The position numbers and the translations under genes are program-made. Shown in pieces: positions 30,767-40,761 of a stretch of 64,000 nt of DNA. The notes beneath the pieces were generated by a model. That model worked only from the letters and a program-made list of their open reading frames with translations, was not told the DNA's origin and made no database searches. Origin of the DNA: Candidatus Poribacteria bacterium (lineage in GTDB: Bacteria; Poribacteria; WGA-4E; WGA-3G); assembly GCA_965198235.1 (NCBI GenBank), contig OZ240248.1:800001-864000 (forward strand). The letters are read 5' to 3'. Each line of letters begins with the position of its first letter. Within the stretch, counting starts at the first letter, position 1.

Positions 30767-33238
30767 CTACTTGAGGATAACCATCCGTCGGGTAGCAGCA
30801 AAATCTGATGTCTGTAGCGTATAGAAGTAAATACCACTCGCTACACGCTCTCCTACTGCGTTCTTACCATCCCAATACGCAGCACTCGACGGCGTCATAT
30901 ACGAGCCTACAGGCTGCCAACCCAAATCCAGCGAACGAACCAAATGACCCGACACATCATAAATATCGATCTTCACTTCTGTCGTTTTGCTCAACTGATA
31001 CGGAATCCATGTTTCTGGATTGAACGGATTCGGGAAGTTCTGCGCCAAAAGCGTGTCTTGCGGCTGCACATCTCCAACATTCAGTTGCAGACTCAGGAAC
31101 GCATTGCGAATGTCAGATGTCGTAACCGTGCGTTGGAACGGACCTGAGACGATTCTACCATGGTCGTCGTGAAGTGCGACTTTGAGTCTATCGCCTGCCT
31201 CAACGACGCTCTTGCGGTTCAGATCTGCCCAGACAGCAGACGAACGTTTCACTGCGCTTGTGAGATTCTCCGTGGCGATAATGCCAGTGCGGAGGTTTTC
31301 TGCGACGAGAGTATATGCGGTTCCTGTTTCCATACCATGGATGTCACTGGTAACGATGAACGCCCATGCGCTGTCATAGGTTGAGAGCGCGGGTGCGGCG
31401 GGCGCAACCTCTTCAGCAGCTGGTTCCTCAGCAACTTCTTCCTCTGCGACTTCTTCTTCAGCAACTGGTTCCTCAGCAACTTCTTCCTCTGCGACTTCTT
31501 CTTCGGCAGCTGGTTCCTCAGCAACTTCTTCCTCTGCGACTTCTTCTTCAGCAGCTGGTTCCTCAGCAACTTCTTCCTCTGCCGGAACCTCTTCTTCAGC
31601 AACTGGTTCTTCAGCAGGGGCTTCTTCAGGTTCAGGCTGGTTGTCCCACGCATCACCTGTGAACTTTACCTTGCCTCCAGCAGGAGTATTCACGATATAA
31701 CCCATGCCACCGTCAATACCAAAGCCATCACCTTCATCTGCTACCGTATAACCCATGAAACTCTGGGTCGTCGCATCAAGTTGGATCACAACCGTTGCAC
31801 CCAGCATTTCTGCCAACGATTTCGCTGTGTAGGGTTCTTCCGGCATCAGCGGAATAGAAATCATGTTCAAACCCGTTTCGAGCATTACATCAAAACCAGG
31901 ACCTTCCACGACGGGTTCCGGCATCGGTTCATCCACGGTTGGTTCCGCAGGAGCATCAACTGGCGTGATCATCAGCATTGCAGTCGGCTCATCCCACGCA
32001 AACGCTTCACCCACATCAGCACCACCTTGAATACCTTCGTGCGCAGCTATGACACCACCTTCGGTCGGAACACGTTCATTGCTCATTGGCGGATCCGTAG
32101 CCTCATCCAAACCGAGCGGTCCCGGAATATCGGAAGCCATTTCTGTGTTATCTTCACTACCAGCGTCATAAGACATCAGCTCGAGACTCGCTGAAACAGG
32201 GTCACCATTTTCATCAAAGAGCGGCACGTCAACAGCGGCGATGAATGCATCGTTAGTTGACACGAGCATTGAACCGACAGAAAGCGAAGAGTTCACCATA
32301 TCAGCCGTTACAGTAACGGTGGCGGATCCACCGGGGATGACGTTGCCATCAGCGAGCATGACGTTCGCACCAGCAGCGGCTGCGATTGCGGCGAGACCTG
32401 AAGTATCCCCATTTTCAGCAAGTGCCACAAGTGCTTCACTTGCGGGTTGGCCGACTTCGGAAATCTTTACGCCTCCAGGATGTGCTGCGAAGATGGGTGC
32501 CGAAAGGACTTGTCCACCCGCTCCGGGTTCACCAGTGGTGAGGTTCGTGAGGGTAATCTCGAACATCTGGCTCACCGGCATCTCAGGAGCAGCATCATCG
32601 GCAGCGGTATCATCTGTGGCTGCGTCATCAGCAGTATCATCCGTGGCTGCGTCATCAGCAGTATCATCCGTGGCTGCATCATCAGCAGTATCATCCGTGG
32701 CTGCATCATCAGTGGTATCATCAGCAGCCGCATCTTCGGCGGGTGCTGGACCCGCACCATCGACGGTAACCACACCATCCGCAGTTGTGACTTCTAATGC
32801 AGCAGCAGCGGCATCAGAGAGAAGAACACCCGTTAAACTGATAGCGGATGCTTTCGCTTCAATGACTTCAAATGTTACCGTAGCGAGCGTACCATCCATA
32901 TCTGCTGCAGGAGTCGCTCCACCAGCACTAACTAAGACGCTGGCATCAGCTGGTTTTATAATCGGAAACGCGCCTGCGGGCAGGTAGTCGGCGTTCTCAG
33001 CAGAAACATATTTGAGCGCAGTCGGATCGAAGTTTACGGTTGCTTGGTAGCCCACGACCCCTTCGCCGCCCATTATAGTGATACTCACCATGAGTTCTTC
33101 CCCGGCTGCTGGGGATTCTACTTCAGCTGGGTCCACAGAGACGACGGCTGCACCGTAACTCATGGCTGTAAACCCTAAACACATTACAACAGCTAATAAG
33201 GAAAAAAGGACTTTCCTGTTAAAAAGCTGGTCTTTCAT
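30767..33238 (-). CDS. Secreted protein: cohesin domain, acidic repeat, Spondin_N domain, acidic repeat, FlgD-Ig-like C-terminal sorting domain
   Basis: Start MKDQLF at 33238 with AAGGAG. Cohesin-like GYQATVNFDPTALKY...GTLATVTFEV. Spondin_N-like LSAPIFAAH...LAENGD...SMLVSTNDAF...YDAGSEDN. C-terminal AQNFPNPFNPETWIPYQL...WDGKNAVGERVASGIYFY. Confidence 0.85.
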   Translation of the reverse strand: MKDQLFNRKVLFSLLAVVMCLGFTAMSYGAAVVSVDPAEVESPAAGEELMVSITIMGGEGVVGYQATVNFDPTALKYVSAENADYLPAGAFPIIKPADASVLVSAGGATPAADMDGTLATVTFEVIEAKASAISLTGVLLSDAAAAALEVTTADGVVTVDGAGPAPAEDAAADDTTDDAATDDTADDAATDDTADDAATDDTADDAATDDTAADDAAPEMPVSQMFEITLTNLTTGEPGAGGQVLSAPIFAAHPGGVKISEVGQPASEALVALAENGDTSGLAAIAAAAGANVMLADGNVIPGGSATVTVTADMVNSSLSVGSMLVSTNDAFIAAVDVPLFDENGDPVSASLELMSYDAGSEDNTEMASDIPGPLGLDEATDPPMSNERVPTEGGVIAAHEGIQGGADVGEAFAWDEPTAMLMITPVDAPAEPTVDEPMPEPVVEGPGFDVMLETGLNMISIPLMPEEPYTAKSLAEMLGATVVIQLDATTQSFMGYTVADEGDGFGIDGGMGYIVNTPAGGKVKFTGDAWDNQPEPEEAPAEEPVAEEEVPAEEEVAEEPAAEEEVAEEEVAEEPAAEEEVAEEEVAEEPVAEEEVAEEEVAEEPAAEEVAPAAPALSTYDSAWAFIVTSDIHGMETGTAYTLVAENLRTGIIATENLTSAVKRSSAVWADLNRKSVVEAGDRLKVALHDDHGRIVSGPFQRTVTTSDIRNAFLSLQLNVGDVQPQDTLLAQNFPNPFNPETWIPYQLSKTTEVKIDIYDVSGHLVRSLDLGWQPVGSYMTPSSAAYWDGKNAVGERVASGIYFYTLQTSDFAATRRMVILK
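31411..31620 (-). repeat. Coding tandem repeat, 45-bp unit (EEVAEEPAAEEEVAE), about 4 copies
   Basis: Near-identical units cttcagcagctggttcctcagcaacttcttcctctgcgacttctt. Confidence 0.9.
32592..32731 (-). repeat. Coding tandem repeat, 27-bp unit (ADDAATDDT), about 5 copies
   Basis: gtatcatccgtggctgc(g/a)tcatcagca repeated. Confidence 0.9.
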
Positions 33239-33264
33239 AAGACACTCCTTAATAATTAATTCAT

Positions 33265-33390
33265 AGGACTTACGCAGATAGGCGATAAAGAGTTTCCTGA
33301 CTACCAACAAATACACCTTGAAACGACGTGTGTTTCTCAAAAGCGGCGTGGTTCATAGTAGCACAATTTATTGCGCATTGCGTAAGTCCT
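33265..33390. mobile_element. MITE-like element with 12-bp perfect TIRs (family C)
   Basis: AGGACTTACGCA...TGCGTAAGTCCT, 126 bp, no credible ORF, in the leader of the cohesin gene. Confidence 0.6.
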
Positions 33391-33966
33391 GTAATTTATT
33401 TATATTTTGACATCCCTTACCTTTCGGTAAAGATTATAGCCGTTGTGTAGAACTTACAGAAATCCGTAGATTTCCTGTCTGACTTCCTGTTTCAACGTCC
33501 GTTGCCTCCGAATGAGGTCTTACACGGACTCCACAAGCGTTTTACGTCTCCTCGCAACTCGTGGCGACGGTTTAAGGGTTAAGGATTTATAGAAATTTTG
33601 ACTGGAGTTGGGCTTGTGATAAAGCCACTGGGGTTAATTCCAGCCACCTTTTTTCTCTTGTTTTCTTCGGTTTTCTATAGAAAATTCACTACTGCACATC
33701 AGCCCCTCGTTTGACAAAAGATTTCAACCGTAATCAATATGGGAGATTCTTCCGCACCAGCGCATCGGAATCAGAGCGCAAGGTGAGTCTCTCAAATGGG
33801 ACTTTTTTTAAGGTTAAAAGATAAGTTTATCCTAATTTTAAAACGTTGTCAAATCAAATTCGGTTCAAATTTAGATAATTTTCCGTAAATTAGGAAATTA
33901 GGCGAACGGACCCTTTGTTATTTTAAGTATAGCATAAACACCAAAACAAAACAAATTAAAAATAGC

Positions 33967-34599
33967 CTACTGGGTTACGCGGGGAGCAAGCGCATTCCAG
34001 ACATCACCTAATTCAGCGACAGCCTTGTAAACTGGATAGATGGCTTCCCACATTGCTTTACGCGCCGCGGTGGCAGCGTCCGCGTCATCCTCAGCGAGTG
34101 CTGTTTTAAGTTGAGTGCCCATTTCCTGTTGAACTGCTGCACAGGTGCGGGTAAGTTCTTCCAACAATTGTGCGGCATGTATCTGGCGCGCAACGAGTTC
34201 CGCTACTGACACTTGCATATCCGGTTCAACATCGTAAGCACGAGGCGGGGCGAAATTGTGCGGTAGTCGTTCGCCTTCTTCTGTACGTGGCGTGTGCGTG
34301 GGGTGGATATGTGGCGTAACAGACAGATACATTGTCATAGGTTCATCACCGAGAACCCGCACTGTATGTGGCTGGTCTGCTATAGCGACACACATCTGTC
34401 CTGGTCCCAACTCTTCAGTTTCGCCATCAATCTCAAACTCGACGCGCCCTTCCAGAATTAGGAAAATTTCATGCCCCAAGTCATGACTATGAAGTTGGGC
34501 ACTCTGCCCAGGCTCCATCCTTAAAAACCGAGAGCGAATTTGCGGTGTCACCAACACATTCCGTATATCTGTGCGGTAATCGTAAACTGGAAATCCCAT
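33967..34599 (-). CDS. Cupin domain protein
   Basis: Start MGFPVY with GGAGG; LHSHDLGHEIFLILEG...QPHTV. Confidence 0.85.
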   Translation of the reverse strand: MGFPVYDYRTDIRNVLVTPQIRSRFLRMEPGQSAQLHSHDLGHEIFLILEGRVEFEIDGETEELGPGQMCVAIADQPHTVRVLGDEPMTMYLSVTPHIHPTHTPRTEEGERLPHNFAPPRAYDVEPDMQVSVAELVARQIHAAQLLEELTRTCAAVQQEMGTQLKTALAEDDADAATAARKAMWEAIYPVYKAVAELGDVWNALAPRVTQ

Positions 34600-34763
34600 T
34601 GTATGCCTCCATGGATTTTTGACATAAATATACAATGTCCCGTGAAAATTGGCAAGGCAAATTAGGAGATCGGCGTACTTTTCTCTTGACACGCTTTATA
34701 ATCATGATAAAATGTTGGCAAAAGACATAACACCTCATTTCTTGAACTGGAAGGACATAAATT

Positions 34764-36047
34764 ATGGATTTGACACGCCAACCACCACGTCGCCCTTCAA
34801 ATCTCGGAACCGCTGGGATTGTAGGTGTGGCACGGATGACAGACAAGGCACGCGCACATAACGCGGAAACTCTTGGTGATTATATCTACGGCGAGAGTTC
34901 TGGTTTGGATCAGCGCGTCTTAACGTTTTTAGGGATTTCCGCCGACGCTTACGCCGAAGCAGTTGACGAATACGACGATGCTGCGCTCGGGCACTGGGTA
35001 CTTGAAACAAGCGGAAAAACAGCAGCAGAGATTGCCGAGTTTAACGACGCTGCCCTCAGCCAACTGCCCGATACCGAAGGACACAAACAACGTTTGAAAG
35101 ACCGGATCGCTCGCTTCGCCCCAGGCAGAACCGACATTACAACGGTATTACAGTCCATGGAACTCGACGATTGGGGAAGCTTCTGGCAGGTCGACCTGAC
35201 TGCCGGACCGCCATGCAGTGCGCGCTCTAAAGACATCGCTGGCATTTGTGGTGTCGCACGGATGACAGACAAAGGGCGCGCTGAGCGTGCAGGAAAAATC
35301 GGTGAGTACCTATACGGCGACGATTCCGGGCAAGATGTACGTATTTTAGCGTTCCTCGGTATTTCAGCTGCAGATTTTCAGGAAGCAGCGGTCAACAACC
35401 CGAATAACCTCGAACTCGGGGCATGGGTCCTGGAAAACTGCGGTAAATCGCAGGACGAGATTGATGAATTCAACGAAACGTTGGTAAACTATGGACCCAA
35501 CGAAGCAACACGGGAACGGTTTGAAGCGCGATGTCAAGAAGTAGATCCGACCCGCACAGACATCACCACGTGGGTAGCACTTCAGGACGCGGACGATCAG
35601 TTGAGTTTCGGTATTGTCGACCTCAACCGCCGCGCACCACGGAGCCCCTACAACATGGATGTCTACGGAATGGTTCAGCTCGCACGGTTGATTGACAAAG
35701 GCAGAGCATTCAATGGCAACACACTCGGTGCTTATTTTTATGGTGAAGATTCCGGGATTGACCGAGCAACACTCGCTTTCCTTGGTATATCCGCAGCAGA
35801 ATTTAATGAAGCATTGAAAACTTTGGCAACCGATACAGAGGTTGAGGCGTGGCTGAAGGCAAATCATCCGAAAAGCGAAGCAGAGATTGAAGCCTATAAC
35901 GAACGCATGAAGCAAATGGGTCCTACAACTGAAAGACACAAGGCAATGATGGCGAAGATGCTCAGCCGGATCGCTCCAGAGCGTACGGACATCAATACAT
36001 GGTTCGCACTGATGGACCTTGATGATGAGAAGACTTTTGCGTTGTAA
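34764..36047 (+). CDS. Protein of three tandem DUF5069-like domains
   Basis: Three copies of (P)PRxP...GxxxxARxxDKxRA...G(D/E/A)YxYG..SGxD...LxFLGISA. Confidence 0.8.
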   Translation: MDLTRQPPRRPSNLGTAGIVGVARMTDKARAHNAETLGDYIYGESSGLDQRVLTFLGISADAYAEAVDEYDDAALGHWVLETSGKTAAEIAEFNDAALSQLPDTEGHKQRLKDRIARFAPGRTDITTVLQSMELDDWGSFWQVDLTAGPPCSARSKDIAGICGVARMTDKGRAERAGKIGEYLYGDDSGQDVRILAFLGISAADFQEAAVNNPNNLELGAWVLENCGKSQDEIDEFNETLVNYGPNEATRERFEARCQEVDPTRTDITTWVALQDADDQLSFGIVDLNRRAPRSPYNMDVYGMVQLARLIDKGRAFNGNTLGAYFYGEDSGIDRATLAFLGISAAEFNEALKTLATDTEVEAWLKANHPKSEAEIEAYNERMKQMGPTTERHKAMMAKMLSRIAPERTDINTWFALMDLDDEKTFAL

Positions 36048-36147
36048 ACAGGACATCGAGAAATTGACAAAGCTGTCAGCACGTCCGGTTTGTGACAGGC
36101 AGGCAGCTTCCTTTGTTTTGGTGTAGCCTCTCCATGGAGCGTGAACA

Positions 36148-37413
36148 ATGAAAAATCTCGAAGCGATTGCGGATGTTCGTTCTGGAAAAAGGACAGTTGC
36201 CAACGCCGCGTGGTGGGGATTCGACCCAGAAGACGCAACCGTGGAATTGCAAGCGGCAATTGACTCTGGTGCGAAACGGGTAGTTGTCCCGAATATGCAC
36301 ACCGATTGGATAATCCAGCCGATTAAACTTGTGGGAAACCAAGAGTTGATTTTTGAGCGCGGGACAGTCGTCACAGCAAAACGGGGTGAGTATCGCGGCA
36401 GAGGTGATTCGATGTTCACCGCACCAGACGTTGAGAATCTCACCATCCGTGGCTACGGCGCAACTTTTCGTATGTGGAAACAGGATTATATCAATGGGCT
36501 TGTACTCGAACAGTTTGGCTGGCACCGCTGGTATGGACAGTACCCAAAGGCGGAGTGGCGCATGACCTTGTCAATTCGAGGTAGTAAAAACGTGAATGTG
36601 TCCGGCTTGACGCTCAAAGATAGCGGTGGAGACGGCATCTACGTTGATGGCGGCACAGAACGAAAGGCTTCCGAAAATGTGGTCTTACGTGACATTGTTT
36701 GCGATAACCATTATCGGCAGGGTATCAGTGTTATTAGTGCTGAAAACCTCAAGGTCGAGAACTGTACGTTTTCAAATACCTGGGGAACGCCACCAGCATC
36801 AGGTGTGGACATTGAACCGGATAAAAGCGAGCAGCGAATAAAAAATACAGTATTCTCCGGATGCCAGTTTATTGATAACGTCGGTGACGGCATTGAAGTG
36901 TTCTTAGCACATACCACCGACGAAACCGATGACGTGACGCTGTGCTTCGAGAATTGCTACATCAGCAGTAAACACGGAACGGGGATCCGCGTGTCAAAAA
37001 TTGGAGACAACGGTCCCGGTGGCAGTATCAAATTTGATAATTGCATGGTTGAAAACACCGTCGGTTACGGCATCAAAGTTCAGGAAAAGTCGTTGAAAGG
37101 GGCACGGGTGAGGTTCACCGATTGTAAGGTCATCCATGCTGCCACTGATCGGCAGTTCGGCGGCGAATGGTCACCGATTTCGTTGTCCCTGCCAAAACCG
37201 GAGTTGGTCCAGACGATGGGCGGTATTGATTTTATCAACTGCTTTGTCGAGGACAATCGCGAACGTCCTGCCATCGAATTCACGCAACCGGAGAGTGATT
37301 TCCCACTTCATGACATCACAGGAACTATCACGGTGTTGAACCCAAACGGTGTCTGTGCCGAGTTAGGTAAAGACCGCGAGAAACTTCCGCTGATTGTCAA
37401 GGAATATCAATAG
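36148..37413 (+). CDS. Right-handed parallel beta-helix protein (pectin-lyase-like fold)
   Basis: SGGDGIYV, NHYRQGISVISA, GTPPASGVDIEP. Confidence 0.85.
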   Translation: MKNLEAIADVRSGKRTVANAAWWGFDPEDATVELQAAIDSGAKRVVVPNMHTDWIIQPIKLVGNQELIFERGTVVTAKRGEYRGRGDSMFTAPDVENLTIRGYGATFRMWKQDYINGLVLEQFGWHRWYGQYPKAEWRMTLSIRGSKNVNVSGLTLKDSGGDGIYVDGGTERKASENVVLRDIVCDNHYRQGISVISAENLKVENCTFSNTWGTPPASGVDIEPDKSEQRIKNTVFSGCQFIDNVGDGIEVFLAHTTDETDDVTLCFENCYISSKHGTGIRVSKIGDNGPGGSIKFDNCMVENTVGYGIKVQEKSLKGARVRFTDCKVIHAATDRQFGGEWSPISLSLPKPELVQTMGGIDFINCFVEDNRERPAIEFTQPESDFPLHDITGTITVLNPNGVCAELGKDREKLPLIVKEYQ

Positions 37414-37460
37414 GACGTTGGGCACCGCCCAACCTAACCTACGTATTAGGATTCAGAACT

Positions 37461-38291
37461 ATGTCAAAAGAACAAGCACTTCCCGCTGAACCTCTACCTC
37501 CAGACACTTTGAACGCCATTTTGGAGGATTTCTATCAAAACGGTGTGACGATTGTCCGAAATGTGCTCTCACGCGAAGAGTGCGAGCGGATAGTTGAGCG
37601 TGTTGACGAAATCTTCGCCGAGCCTTACTTCATGCAGATGCGCAACGTCAAAGGTACTCGGCAAGATGGTAAAGACCCTATCGTGGTTCATCGCCTCTTT
37701 GAATGCGACCTCATATTCCGGGACCTGCTGGTGCGAGAACCGATTATCGGCATTGCCGAAAGCGTATTAGGTGAGCACTGCCACTGTATCGCTCAAGGGT
37801 GTATCCTCAACCGAAAAGATTTAGGGATCAACCGCTTTCACATCGACGATGGCGTGGAATTTCCGATCACACCGGAAATGGAACGTCACGATCCGAGATT
37901 ACGTATGCCTGTGCTTCGTATGTCCGTGCAAATCGCACTGACCGACCAGGATGAGGTCAAATACGGTCCGTCCCAATTCGTCCCCAGTAGCCACTACTCT
38001 GGACGACAACCCGATGATTCGGAACACCCAACCTTTGATGGTAAAGCACCTGTTTCACTCCTCATGAAAGCTGGTGATCTCTACCTGCTCAATGGACAGA
38101 CTTGGCATCGAGGTGCGCCAAACCAGACAGATCGGGTCCGTTATCTATTCCACCAAGTCTACGGGCAACGCTTTGTTGCCCAGCGGTTCTGGCCGTATCT
38201 AAACTACCGTATGCCCGACTACGTTTTGGAAGGTGCTGATGAACGCCTGCTCCGTGTTCTTGGGAAACACCCTGAAATGGCTTATGGATAA
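37461..38291 (+). CDS. Phytanoyl-CoA dioxygenase (PhyH) family Fe/2OG enzyme
   Basis: FHID, IALTD...GP...VPSSH, KAGD, TWHRGAPN. Confidence 0.9.
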   Translation: MSKEQALPAEPLPPDTLNAILEDFYQNGVTIVRNVLSREECERIVERVDEIFAEPYFMQMRNVKGTRQDGKDPIVVHRLFECDLIFRDLLVREPIIGIAESVLGEHCHCIAQGCILNRKDLGINRFHIDDGVEFPITPEMERHDPRLRMPVLRMSVQIALTDQDEVKYGPSQFVPSSHYSGRQPDDSEHPTFDGKAPVSLLMKAGDLYLLNGQTWHRGAPNQTDRVRYLFHQVYGQRFVAQRFWPYLNYRMPDYVLEGADERLLRVLGKHPEMAYG

Positions 38292-38458
38292 ATTTAACCC
38301 AATTTGCCTCCTAAATAAAAAAGTTTTGCTTTCATCTTGATTTATCTCTTAAATTATGCTATCGTTATCATATTAGGACTATAGATTATAAATTATCATA
38401 CACATAAAATTGTCCTCACACAATTTTAGTGATCGAAAAAATCTAAAGGAGTCTTATC

Positions 38459-38764
38459 ATGTTTATTGAGATCATCAATCAAGATGGGGGGTATAAATCT
38501 TCCTATCGAGGGATGGTGAATATTCAGTATGTCCACCAGATTAAGATAATCAAAGGGAGGCATCGTTCGTACGAGTTGCATATTAATCTGTCAAATTCGC
38601 CCAGCATAGAGTTACCCGGTACGAAAGAAGAATGCGAGCGATTTTACGATCAGTTGCAACAGGTATTGAAAACGCATGAACAATTATCCACAACTGACAC
38701 GCTTACTTTCCCACCGCGGTTGTCGTCAAAACCACTGGTAGATGAGGATGTAGAGAAGGTATGA
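38459..38764 (+). CDS. Hypothetical protein
   Basis: 101-aa ORF with AAGGAG RBS and an AT-rich upstream region. Confidence 0.55.
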   Translation: MFIEIINQDGGYKSSYRGMVNIQYVHQIKIIKGRHRSYELHINLSNSPSIELPGTKEECERFYDQLQQVLKTHEQLSTTDTLTFPPRLSSKPLVDEDVEKV

Positions 38765-38940
38765 CTAGGAACAAAGGAAATACGGTATATGTCTCAACTC
38801 ATCACCGACCTAAACCAGTTGACTCCCAAACGCCTCACCGATTATTGCGTCAATTACGGACTTGCGTTTAACCGAGGAATAAAAGAGTACACTTTGGACA
38901 ATCTTCATCACAAATTATTAAATTATTAAAGAAAATATGA

Positions 38941-39165
38941 TATAAAAAGCACACCATTTCCTTTGAAAATCCTGATCAGTTTGAGCCAGACGAGACGATT
39001 TATATTTATTTCATAGACCCTGCAAAAATCTCAGAGAACAAGAAAATCTACATCGATCCGTGGCAGGTTGCTGTAACCGAGGATGAGATAACGCCTGACA
39101 AGATTGAAACTTATAAATCTGCCGCCCTGTGGAAATACTATCGTCTTGTCAATAAATTTGATTGA
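38941..39165 (+). pseudogene. Start-less open frame, probable C-terminal gene remnant
   Basis: About 74 open codons (…NPDQFEPDETIYIYFIDP…KYYRLVNKFD*) following an in-frame TGA, with no start codon. Confidence 0.3.
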
Positions 39166-39228
39166 CACAGTTGAAGCCAAATGGGGTTCAGTCATAATGT
39201 CGGAGAACACCCCAAAGGAGATAACATA

Positions 39229-40233
39229 ATGTTTATCGCAACTTACAACGCTATCTATGCCGTTGGAGATGATGGAAATAGTGAACCTACCTTAGTCTAT
39301 GAAGGCACGCTCGGCGGAATGGCACCTCATGGTGCGATGGTTTCACTGTCAAGCGGCGAAGCCGTGGTGTCTGCCTTGTCGGATGGAACGCTACTGGTTT
39401 TATCGGAGAATGACGAGAAACGAATTCCAACAGGTATAGAGGATCCAATCGCTTCGTTGCTCGTTGTTCGTGAGAATCCGTTGACGCTGCTCATCGGAAC
39501 AGATGAGGGTGCTTATGTCTATCGCCTCGTTGGAGAAGAGGGACCAGCTGCACGGGTCGTCGCGTTTGACGAATTAGAATGTCGGAAAGATTGGTATACA
39601 CCGTGGGGCGGCCCACCAGCCGTGCGGACTTTTGCCAAAACCCAAGACGGTTTTTGTTACGCAGATATCCATGTTGGAAGTATCATGCGTTCCCCCGATG
39701 AGGGGATTTCATGGGAACCTGTCACGCCAGACCTCAATAAAGATGTCCATCAGGTCGCTACGTGTCCTGCGGACGATCATCAAGTTTATGCGAACACCGC
39801 TAATGGTGTTTATATCAGTACAGATCGTGGAAACTCATGGGAACATCGGCTTCAAGGTTTACCTCGTCGCTACGGCACCGCTATTGCTGTACATCCAACA
39901 GACCCAGACCTACTGATCGCCACAGTCCAAAACGGACCGAGAGGCGGTGGGGCTTGGCTTTGTCGTTCGGAGAGTGGCGGCGCGACGTGGACTCAACTCA
40001 ACGATCAACTCACAGAATCCACCGATCGGATTAGCACGGGCTATGTTGCGTTTACATCCGATGGAACAGCGTGGGCAGTCATCGGAAAGACGCTTTACAT
40101 CGGTCAGCATCAAGCCACGGATTGGAATGCTTTCTGGACAGTCCCCGAATACGATGGTGTGTATCAGCCACCTTCCGACGATTTTTCTTTATCTTACCTT
40201 CTTGAACATCCGATCCAAACCCTTGCTGTTTAG
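39229..40233 (+). CDS. BNR/Asp-box beta-propeller protein
   Basis: Start MFIATY with AAGGAG; Asp-boxes RSPDEGISW, STDRGNSW, RSESGGATW; WYTPWGGPPAVR. Confidence 0.85.
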   Translation: MFIATYNAIYAVGDDGNSEPTLVYEGTLGGMAPHGAMVSLSSGEAVVSALSDGTLLVLSENDEKRIPTGIEDPIASLLVVRENPLTLLIGTDEGAYVYRLVGEEGPAARVVAFDELECRKDWYTPWGGPPAVRTFAKTQDGFCYADIHVGSIMRSPDEGISWEPVTPDLNKDVHQVATCPADDHQVYANTANGVYISTDRGNSWEHRLQGLPRRYGTAIAVHPTDPDLLIATVQNGPRGGGAWLCRSESGGATWTQLNDQLTESTDRISTGYVAFTSDGTAWAVIGKTLYIGQHQATDWNAFWTVPEYDGVYQPPSDDFSLSYLLEHPIQTLAV

Positions 40234-40636
40234 CAAATCATTTTGGTTGGTGTTTCAGAATCTGACGCATCTTAAGTATTCCTGAAACACCTAACAGAAA
40301 TGAGGTAGATCCCCTGATACAATATGCCAAAGACTTTCTTATATTACAAATTAGATTCGCCCAGAAAATCGCCGAAGTCTCCCATCAGGCTTTGGAAGAT
40401 GTGCTAATAGACTACACAATCTTGCGAACTCTGTTCAACTTGCGAGTCTCCCATGACATTTCCAACCCACTATGGGATGCGTTTATTGAAGGTCTTTGCA
40501 CGTCCGATACCTCTGAAGATTGGACATACGACTTCTATCTCCAGCGAATGGCTGTGGAGTCAGCCCCTTCCGACGAGCGGCAATTTTTTTTGTTTTGAAT
40601 CTTGCTAAGAAATTTTGATATTTTTTGCAGATTTTT

Positions 40637-40737
40637 TTGACTTTCACGGAAATTGTGGGTATAATTAATACAATTCGTGCAATTATCTGCGAATTTATCG
40701 CGATTTTTTTGACTTCCGCGAGAATTTTGTGTATAAT
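40637..40737 (+). promoter_or_regulatory. Two tandem sigma70 promoters
   Basis: TTGACT-17nt-TATAAT at 40637-40665 and again at 40709-40737, within a degenerate direct repeat of 72-bp period. Confidence 0.8.
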
Positions 40738-40742
40738 TAAAA

Positions 40743-40761
40743 GATAATGAGATTCGTTATC
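40743..40761. promoter_or_regulatory. Fur box
   Basis: GATAATGAGATTCGTTATC versus consensus GATAATGATAATCATTATC. Confidence 0.85.

Noticed and set aside
30767-31070. Evidence for a Bacteroidota-type T9SS
   Set aside because: The FlgD-Ig-like tail resembles T9SS sorting domains, but no por/gld/spr genes are in the window; the tail alone is insufficient.
31411-32731. Regular repeats as a CRISPR array
   Set aside because: Units are head-to-tail without unique spacers, are multiples of 3 and lie in frame within a CDS; no cas genes are present.
33400-33445. c-di-GMP-I riboswitch
   Set aside because: A GAAA-capped stem is present, but the flanking GGCAAA/GACGCAAA consensus and second helix are not convincingly matched.
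35364-36446. Long antisense or overlapping ORFs (360 aa here; also 32241-32987, 18155-18958, 8980-9645, 10718-11266)
   Set aside because: They are shadows of well-supported genes on the other strand or frame and show no recognisable motifs.
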